From an uncultured Planctomycetota bacterium (GTDB lineage: Bacteria; Planctomycetota; Planctomycetia; Isosphaerales; Isosphaeraceae), in the NCBI GenBank assembly GCA_963845755.1, contig CAWJTV010000030.1, positions 96,001 through 160,000 on the forward strand: 64,000 nucleotides of DNA. The letters run 5' to 3'. Position numbers and translations under genes: made by a program. This document shows, one piece after another, positions 55,816 to 64,000 of this stretch (position 1 is the stretch's first letter; each line of letters begins with the position of its first letter). The notes under the pieces were generated by a model. It searched no databases, had not been told where the DNA came from, and saw nothing but the letters and a program-made list of their open reading frames with translations.

Positions 55816-57857
55816 TCAATCGAGATCGACTCGCATCACTTCGGCGTCCGGGTAGCGGCGGCAGAGAGGGTTGTGCAGGCACTCCCACGCCCGGTGCGGG
55901 CCTGGTAAGCCTGATATCGATCTCCGCGGGTCGAGCCAAGGAATCCGGCCGGCCTCGGCTCGTACTCGATTTCTAATCCCGGTCGAGCATCGGCGAAGCC
56001 GCTGGATGCCCGCCTCCGTGACTTTCGTGGCCGTAAGGTCGATCTTGCGAAGTTGCTGCATGTCCTTCACGTTGTCGATACACGCGTCCGTAACGCTTGT
56101 GTAGGCAAGGTAGAGCTCATGAAGGAACTTCATTCTCCGAATCTGTGCAATCCCCGCATTGCCTACGCGGGTAAATCCGAGATCTAGCTCCTCGAGCCCC
56201 TCGAGTCCCCTGAGATGAGCCAGTCCGGCGTCGGTGATAGGGGCTCCAAGGAGGACGAGGCGTTTCAGGTTGAGAAGATTACTCGAGGTGGGCCAAGCCG
56301 GCATCGGTTATCGTTTGCTCCGAGCCAGCTTCGCGACCCAGACTCAACCACTCGAGATCGTACAGTCGCGCGACATGAGCCAGTCCTTCGTCATCGAGAT
56401 TCTTGTCGCTGACAGAGTCAATCCACCTGAGAGAGTCAAGACTCATGAAGGAGGGAAGAGCGCCGACTTTCTTGAGGTAGGCGAGGTCTTCCTCGGTGGG
56501 TGGCGGCAAGGCACGATTGCTCCGGCGCAGCAGGTTCGTATAGTTGTCGAGGATGTCAGCCGAGCACCTTGTGATGACGTTCCCGTTCGGCCTGTTTGCC
56601 GAGAGCTTCCACACGATGCCAGAGCAAGTGTACACGACCGTCGTTGATGTGATCCTGATAACGACCTGCCATCAAGGATCGTGCTGCTTTGACGTATGGA
56701 TCATCGGGCCCAAGGCACAATACCTGGATCTCCAGGCCGCGCTTGAGAAATCGTTCGGCGCCATCGAAATGGGTGGCGTCGATCGCGATCATCGCCCGCA
56801 TCGAGAGGAGCATGGAAACCTCTTCGCTCTCGACTCCATAGACTTTCTCCCAGACTTCCTGGGTCCTTGCCAGTCGGAGGTCGGACTCAACAAGGTCCTT
56901 TCGATCCATGGCTGAGCCGGCGAGCATGAAAAGGGCTTTCGCCTGCCGTTCGTTCGCCGGTGCTCGCCGCTTCACCTCCATCGCCAGCAACCTTTCGAAG
57001 TACTTCTCGCACTCGGCCGGCCGTCCCCGAATCGTCTCGAGCTGACCAAGGTTTAACAGCGAATCGGCGATTGCCGGATCGTCGGGCTTGAGAGCCTTCT
57101 CCCGGATCCCCAGTGCTCGCGTATAGAAGGCCTCCGCCTGCTTCCCATGTCTTTCATCCTCCCGCTCGTGTCTTGGCACGTCCCGGATCTGGCCTCGATC
57201 TCCACCATGCCGTTGCGCTCGGACTGCGCAGCGTGGAGAGCACCCAAGTCATCGAGGAGATTGGCCACTTTGGGATCATTCGGGCCGACAGTCCCTCTCG
57301 CGGTTTGCCAGGGCCCTCGTCAACTTCGTCTCTGCGGCGTCGAACTCCTTCCGTAACAGATGCCAGATCGCGAGAGTTGTGCAGGATCGTCGCGATCTCG
57401 GGGTCGTCTTTCGGCTTGGATTTCTCGAGGATTCTCAACGCCCGACGAGGAGCGGCCCGGCCGCGTCGAGTCTGCTTCGTATTCCGCATCATCTGACACA
57501 TGGCGAGGCCCGGGAGGTCCGTGGCCACCTCGGGATGATCCGGCCCCAGCGCTTTCTCTCGGATCGCCAGCGCAGCGGCGTAACAAAGGCTCGGCCTCGG
57601 TATATCGCTTCCGCGATTTGCGCATGTAGAAAATGGCGAGCGTTTCGAGCGGCTCAGCGAGCCGCAAGTCATCCCGGCCGAGCTTCTCCGCCTCCTCGAC
57701 GACCTCGGCCAGCAGCACTCGGCCTGGATCGAGTGACCTGTCTCCACAGCTTTCGCCGCGGCCTCGAACTTCTGCTTCCAGGCTGCTGGCAACTCGGCGA
57801 TTGCTGGGCAGAAATCGCGATTGTCGCCAGACCAGACCGCGCACACGCTCAGCATGG
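55816..57857 (-). CDS. TPR plus leucine-rich-repeat protein(s), fragmented
   Basis: 'ALAIREKALGPDHPEVA', 'RALGIREKALKPDDPAIADSLLNL' TPRs; 'ITDAGLAHL', 'VTEAGIQRL' LRRs; ends approximate. Confidence 0.6.
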
Positions 57858-58073
57858 TATCGCTCCATCGAGTGGTTGACGTGGAGCCGTTAGAGTCGGA
57901 CGCTTCTCCATTCTCGGCCGACCGGTGGCCCGTCCAGGACGATCCGTAGCATAATTCGACACTCAAGGCCGTCGCAAGAGTCGAGCCTTGGGATTGAGGT
58001 TGGAGCTGAGACACGGCTAAGCGGCCGGCCGTGGTTTCCCTTGCACCCTTTGGGGTTCGGAGGCGGTTCCGAG

Positions 58074-58139
58074 AGGCGAGCGGGGGGCGACAGCCCCCTG
58101 TCCAATCGACTGACGGGGGCTGACGCCCCCCGCTCGCCT
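58074..58139. repeat. REP-like palindromic doublet
   Basis: AGGCGAGCGGGGGGCGACAGCCCCC ... GGGGGCTGACGCCCCCCGCTCGCCT. Confidence 0.75.
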
Positions 58140-58172
58140 GGAACCCAGTGCAGGATAACCCTGGCCAGGTGC

Positions 58173-59017
58173 TTACCTCTCCGGGAAAACGTCGTTGAGC
58201 ACCATCGCCAGCCGCACGCCCGCCTGATAGAGCCGCTGTTTCACGACGGGTAGGCTGGCCTTCTGGTAGGCGTCTCCCAGCTTCTGACCGGATTTGATGC
58301 CGCTGGCCGGTCGCCGGGTCCTGATAGGCTTGCTTCGCCGCAAGCAGGCTCTCGGTCGCCCATTCCTCGACGATCCCACGCTGCGCCTGCGAACGGGCTC
58401 GGTCCGTATCCATCGCGACGAGGTCGGCGAGCCAGCGGTCTTCGATCTGGCTCGGCCCGTTGGATGATGCCGGAATCCCAGACCCGATGCATGTTCGAGC
58501 CCTGGTCGAAGAACTGGACCTGGGTGTCGTTGCCGCCCCGGTCGTGGTTGTCGCCGACGTGCATCGGCATGTGGAGGTCTTCGATCAGGTGAATGAGAAA
58601 CCGGAGAGCGATGCGGCGTTCCTGGACGGGTCGACTCGGGTCCTTGAGGACGGCCCGAAACTCTCGGATCTTCGGGACGATGTAGCCCTTGGCCGGCTCG
58701 GGGCCGGCGAAGCGGTCGTCGTATCGGTCCTGGTCGAGCGGGACATCGACGTAGTGCCAGGGACCGCTCCCCTCGATGTCCCGTCGGTGCTCGTCGGCCC
58801 AGTTCGAAGCGTCGGCCAGCGACTCGCCCGGTTCGAGCAGTGCCGCGACGGCCGCTCTCGCCCGCGGATTCAGGTGCCGCTCCGCAATCCGAGCTGCGAG
58901 CCGGTGCCCACGCGGTCCCCAGGCCCAACACGGTGAAGCGGTCTGGAGTGCGACAAGAAAGGAGAGTGCGGTCACCAGGCCACGACGAGAGCCTCGTGGA
59001 GATTCGACGTACGGCAT
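58173..59017 (-). CDS. S1/P1 nuclease (frameshift near 58440)
   Basis: Signal peptide then 'WGPRGH', 'WADE', 'WHYVD', 'HLIEDLHMPMH', 'GGN', 'MHRVWD', 'AGVRLAMVLN'. Confidence 0.92.
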
Positions 59018-59166
59018 TCCGATAGCCTCCACCGCTTCCTGTGGTCCCTAGCTCGCAATCAAGCACGCAGGTCGGATTATCGCCAGTCGATCTCCAAGGC
59101 AATCCGGGGAGGATCGCCGGATTCGATTCGCCCTCAACGCCCTGATCGTGAGGATCGGTCTCGACG

Positions 59167-60493
59167 TTACATCACCGTGAAGTAGTTCATCGCGGCGAAG
59201 TCGAAGTACTCGGGCTTGAGCTCCAGCGGCAAGGCGTTGTAGATGCAGTAATTGCGGACCTGGAGCAGCAGGTCGCGAGGCTGGCAGCAGCGGAACGGCC
59301 GCCCGACCGCGCTGATAGTGGTGCTGGATGAGGTAGTCCACGGCCTCGGGATCGACCGTCTGGAATCCGAGCTTGGGTGCGAAGATGTCGATCATCTTGC
59401 GGAACATCGGTTCGGTCGGGTCGGCCGCGTTGATCTTGTACGGAATCCGGCGGAGGAACGCCTCATCCACCAGTTGCTTGGGCTCGAGGTTGGTCGAGAA
59501 CAGGATCAGTTGGTCGAACGGGACGCGAATCTTCTTGCCATTGGCCAGGCTGAGGAAGTCGTAGCGCTTTTCCAGCGGGACGATCCAGCGGTTGAGCAGC
59601 TCGATCGGCTGCATCCGCTGGCGGCCGAAGTCGTCGATCAGGAAGGTGCCGAGGTTGCTCTTGAGCTGGAGCGGGGCCTCGCTGACCTTCGTCGCGGGGT
59701 CGTAGTGGATCTCCAGGTCTTCCATGCGCAGCTCGCCGCCGGCAACGATCGTCGGCCGCTTGATGTGCACCCAGCGGCGGTCGACGTCGAACTCGTCCAG
59801 CAGTCCTCCCGAGTTCTCGACCTCGACCGGCTCGTGGTTGGCCATGTCGAAGAGCTTGATGATCTGGCCTTCCACGGACAGGACCTTGGGGATCCAGACC
59901 GTCGAGCCGAAGCATCGGGTGATGCGCTCGGCGATGCTGGTCTTGCCGTTTCCCGGGATATCCGTAGAGGAACATCCCGCGTCCGGAGTTGATCGCCGGG
60001 CCGAGCATCGCGAAGATCGCGTCCGAGACCAGCAGGTCGGAGAACGCCCTGCGCAGGTCGGCTTCCTGGGGATGCTCGGTCGTGATCGTCTGCGCCGCGA
60101 CCGACTCGAGGTAGTCGTCGAACGGGACCGGCGCGGTCCCGACGTAGCCGCATTCTTCGAAGTAGACTTTCGCGCAGACCGGCCGGCATCGGTCAGCGAG
60201 TAGATGTAATCGTTGGCCGTCGCCGAGTTGGCGTAGGTCAGGATCTGCTGGTTCTTGAGCTGGCGGAGGAAATCGGGGAACGGACCGAACGGCAGGCCCA
60301 GCTCGGCGGCGATCCGGCGCCCGATGCCATCCCCGAATTGACCAGGAACTTGAGGACCAGGCTCTCGATCATCGCGGGGCTAAGGCCGGTCTCCTCGAAG
60401 TCCGTCACGGCCCTGGGGACGAACGGCGTCTTCCCATTCGCCTCGGGTTTCGACGGCATGGCTGCCCAAGACGGAAGGGGCTGAAATGCCCAT
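59167..60493 (-). CDS. Uncharacterised AAA+ ATPase (several frameshifts)
   Basis: 'GPAINSG...FLYGYPGNGKT', 'APLQLK', 'LIDDFGRQ', 'FSTNL', '[12 protein letters not shown]'. Confidence 0.8.
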
Positions 60494-60679
60494 CAACGCA
60501 ATCTCCAATCCGAGTGGTTCTGGTCCTGTTGAGTGCTCGCTGAGCACCGGTCTGGCTGGGCAGAACGCTTCTGAGCGGGGTTCCATCGCGGAATTCGGTG
60601 CTCGCAGAGCACCCTACTCGTCCGGCGCAACTCTAGGTCACCCGGATCCGAGCGTCAAAGCGGTCGAGATGCGAGCCGA

Positions 60680-61166
60680 TCAGGCCAGGCGGTCGGCCAG
60701 CCGGTCGATGACCCCTCGGGCGGCGGGAGGCAGCTCGATCCGCGCCGAGCGCGAGGTCGGGCCGGTCGGCTCGAGGGTGATCGTCCAGCAGTCCTCGGGC
60801 AGGAGGTTCCGGACCCGGTCGGCCCATTCGACCAGGGAAACACCGCTCTCCCAGTAGTCGGCGACGCCCAGGGCTTCGAAGGCCTCCGGAGTCGGCAGCC
60901 GATAGGTGTCGAAGTGATAGATCGGCAGGCGACCGTCGTACTCCTGGATCAGGACGAACGTGGGGCTGGAGATCGCATTCCGGATCGACGTCGAGCGCCT
61001 CCGCGATCGCCCGGACCAGCCGGGTCTTGCCGGCACCCAGCGGGCCGATCAGGCCGATCACGATCCCCGGCTCGACGACGTCCGCGATGGCAGACCCCAG
61101 CCGCGCGGTCTCTTCCTCGGAGGTGAGCGCGACGATCAGACCGTCCGGGAATCGGGCCATTTCCAT
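60680..61166 (-). CDS. tsaE: tRNA t6A biosynthesis ATPase (frameshift near 60980)
   Basis: 'GPLGAGKT', 'SSPTFVLIQEY', 'HFDTYRL', 'VEWAD'. Confidence 0.93.
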
Positions 61167-61176
61167 GAGAGGACCC

Positions 61177-62140
61177 TCATCGATCCGTCCGAAAGTGGTC
61201 GAAACCTCGCGGTTCGATGGAGTGGATTCCCTGCGTCGGTTCGCAGCCGCAACCCCGGCGTCTCGGTGATCTCGCCCACGCGGTAAAGCCGGGCGAGGCC
61301 GGCGGGGCGGCCAGGAGCCGGTCGGCGTCGTCGGGCGAGACGGTCAGGCAGAGCTCGAAGTCCTCGCCGTCGTTGAGCGCATGATCCAGTGCGGGGACGC
61401 CATCGCGGAGACTCATCCGGAGCGGCATCCGCATGGATCGGGATCGCCGCGGCGTCGAGGATCGCGCCGAGCCCGCCGCTCTCGTCGAGGATGTGACCCA
61501 GGTCGGAGGAGAGCCCGTCGGACAGGTCGATCATGGCGTGGATCGGTGCGGCCTCGTTCAAGGCCAGGGCCTCGGCGATCCGCGGCTCGGGCCGCAGGTG
61601 CCGCCCCGATACGAGACTCCCTCCGAGCGGACCCGTCACGAGGATGACGTCGCCGGGCCTGGCACCCGAGCGACGGACCGCGCCGCGCGCGGTCGCCTGG
61701 CCGAGCACGGTCACCGCGATGACGAGCGGACCGTCCCAGGCATTGGTATCCCCACCGACCAGATCGACGCCGAACCGATCGGCCAGCGCCGACAATCCCG
61801 CGTGCAGCCCCTGGGCCACCTCGACGGCGTTTCCCTGCGGCAGCGCGACGGCGACGACCGCCGCGCGCGGAATCCCGGCCATCGCCGCGATGTCCGAGAG
61901 GTTCACCCCCATCGCCTTGTAGCCGACCGCCTCGGGGCCATCCTGCTCGAGACGGAAATGGCGGCCGTCCATCAGCATGTCGGTCGTGACGAGGATCTCG
62001 GACGGCTCGCCGACGCCGAGGATCGCGCAATCGTCGCCGATGCCGAGCCGCGTCCAGGCGCCGGCGGGCCGCGATGCCTCGCGGCGGCGAATCCAGTCGA
62101 TCAGGGCGAATTCACTGATTGCGTCATTGGATTCGGCCAT
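61177..62140 (-). CDS. thiL: Thiamine-monophosphate kinase (frameshifted)
   Basis: 'EFALI', 'GIGDDCA', 'NLSDIAAM', 'VGGDT', 'IDLSDGL', 'GEDFEL', 'GFDHF'. Confidence 0.93.
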
Positions 62141-62200
62141 TGCCTGTCGTCGCGTATCTCGATGGGAGTGCTTCGTGGAGACCCATGTATACCACGAAGT

Positions 62201-63342
62201 TCAGCGCCTTCCAGCGAGAAACGCCCTCACCGCCTGCGCTGTCACCGTTCGAGCAACTCCCCAGCTCGATGCCATCGCCTCGTCGAGGCTGATCGGTCCG
62301 GGGCAGATCGAGAAGTAGGCGTCGATGCCTTGTTCGAGGGCAGCCTCGGCGCCGGGGCCGATGGTGCCGGCAAGGGCCAGAGTCGGGCAGCCGAGCGAGC
62401 GCGCCAGGCGGGCGACGCCGACGGCCGTCTTGCCGAAGGCGCTCTGGGCGTCGAGCGCGCCCTCGCCGGTCAGGCAGAGGTCGGCACCCTCGAGACGCTT
62501 GGCCAGGTTTACCGCGTCGATGACGAGGTTCACTCCCTTTTCGAGCCGGCCGCCGGCGAAGGCGACCAGTCCGCCGCCGAGTCCGCCCGCGGCACCTGAG
62601 CCGGGGATGTCGGCGATGGAGACGCCAAGGTCGCGCGCCACGATGCTGGCGAAGTGAGCGAGGTTGGCGTCGAGCTGCTCGATCATCGCAGGAGTGGCAC
62701 CCTTCTGGGGACCGTAGACGGCCGAGGCGCCGCTCGGGCCGCACAGCGGATTGGTCACGTCGCAGGCGACGGCGACCTCGATACCGTCGAGTTCGGAGTG
62801 ACGCCCGGACGGGATCGATGCATGTCAGGCGGTCCAGGCTGCCGCCGCCGGGGTCCAGCTCGCGGCCGTTCGTCGTCGAGCAAGCGATAGCCGAGGGCCT
62901 GGCCCAGTCCGGCACCGCCGTCGTTGGTTGCGCTGCCGCCGATGCCCACGATCACGCGATCGCGCCCCGGCGGCGATCGCCGCCATCAGCAACTCGCCGG
63001 TACCTCGCGTGGTCGTGATCAAGGGATTGCGACGATGGGGCGGCACGAGCACCAATCCCGAAGCCGACGCCATCTCGATCGCGGCCGTGCGGCCGTCGCC
63101 GAGCAGCCCGAACCGCGCGGTGATCGGCTCTCCGAGGGGACCCGTGACGCGGGCCTCGCGGTAAGTGCCGCCCGTGGCGGCGACGAGCGCCTCGACCGTG
63201 CCCTCGCCTCCATCCGCCATCGGCACGCAGTCGATCGACGGCACCGGGAGCCGCCCGACGTACGCCGCGCATCATGGCTTCCGCAGCCTCGGGATGCGCT
63301 CAGACTTCCCTTGAACTTGTCCGGAGCGATCACCACTCGCAT
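62201..63342 (-). CDS. Glycerate kinase (GlxK/GarK family; several frameshifts)
   Basis: 'IAPDKFKGSL', 'PMADGGEGT', 'EMASASGL', 'GIGGSATNDGG', 'GAAGGLG', 'TGEG'. Confidence 0.92.
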
Positions 63343-63450
63343 GGCTGGCTCTGGATGCTTGCTCATTCGTCATGCAAGCCTGAATTCATCACGTCCGCGT
63401 CTCGTTCGAGCCCGATGTCACTGATGACCGATTGACTCGAGGAGGATCGC

Positions 63451-63645
63451 TCAGGCGGCCCCGGACTTGTAGGAACGCGACTGCGGCTCCGGCACCTCGA
63501 AGGCGATCTCCTCGCGCTGGATCGACACCTCATCCGGAGCGTGAATCCCGATCCGGACCGAGTTGCGATCGATCTTCACGATCGTGATGCGGACATCCTC
63601 GCCGACATGAAAACTCTGGCCGAGCTTCCTGCTCAGAACTAACAT
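63451..63645 (-). CDS. csrA: Carbon storage regulator
   Basis: 'MLVLSRK...VRIGIHAP..VSIQREE'; GGAGG RBS. Confidence 0.9.
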   Translation of the reverse strand: MLVLSRKLGQSFHVGEDVRITIVKIDRNSVRIGIHAPDEVSIQREEIAFEVPEPQSRSYKSGAA

Positions 63646-64000
63646 GTATTCCCTCCTCCCTGAGTCATTTCCAGAGATCCTGAGTGTGAGGATCGCGATC
63701 GTCACGAACGATCGTCGCCTCACCGGCCGTGTGTTAACGCAGCTTCCGTGCCAACGACCTCCCGCCCTCTTCCGTTCGCGTTCGAACCACGAGGTGCCCG
63801 TCCATCGAGGGGATCTGGGCCGACCCTCGGGTCATGAGAGCCTGCCGATTATGCCGCGCATTCTGTAAAATCGAATCCCAGTTTGAAAAAATTACCTGGA
63901 GCGACCTCCCACGAACATCATGAAGGGACGCCTGAGCGTTGATCGGGCATCCTGATATGGGAGGATAGGGAAACCCGGTCGAGTGGGAGACGGACATGCC

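Overview
GC-rich bacterial chromosomal segment, very probably from a planctomycete (Isosphaeraceae-like). The evidence is a DUF1559 prepilin-type gene with its companion lipoprotein, a planctomycete-type LptD and a short CsrA. Content is mostly housekeeping and metabolism: STAS protein, DUF2760-Hsp70, dgkA, lptD-like, FAD/Fe-S oxidoreductase, folE, nth, a Rad52-like gene, a glgA/GH57/GalT-like/GH57 alpha-glucan cluster, uvrC, ABC-F, MoxR-DUF58, a kinase/NtrC-like pair, sdpR-sdpI, an AAA+DUF4276 pair, LOG, S1/P1 nuclease, tsaE, thiL, glycerate kinase and csrA. About 20 genes, including normally essential ones, are broken by single-base indels, which looks like uncorrected long-read error, so many coordinates are reconstructed across frameshifts. 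The most unusual signals are non-coding. (i) A family of elements built from inverted arms of tandem 7-mers, one of which encloses a four-helix-bundle (IVP/Avd-like) gene while the others are empty. (ii) A 348-bp IS4-like MITE with target-site duplication carrying a nested REP-like palindrome. (iii) A promoter followed by a hairpin and U-tract in front of the Rad52-like gene. No rRNA, tRNA, CRISPR array, transposase or reverse transcriptase was seen. All family assignments are by eye from motifs, not from searches.
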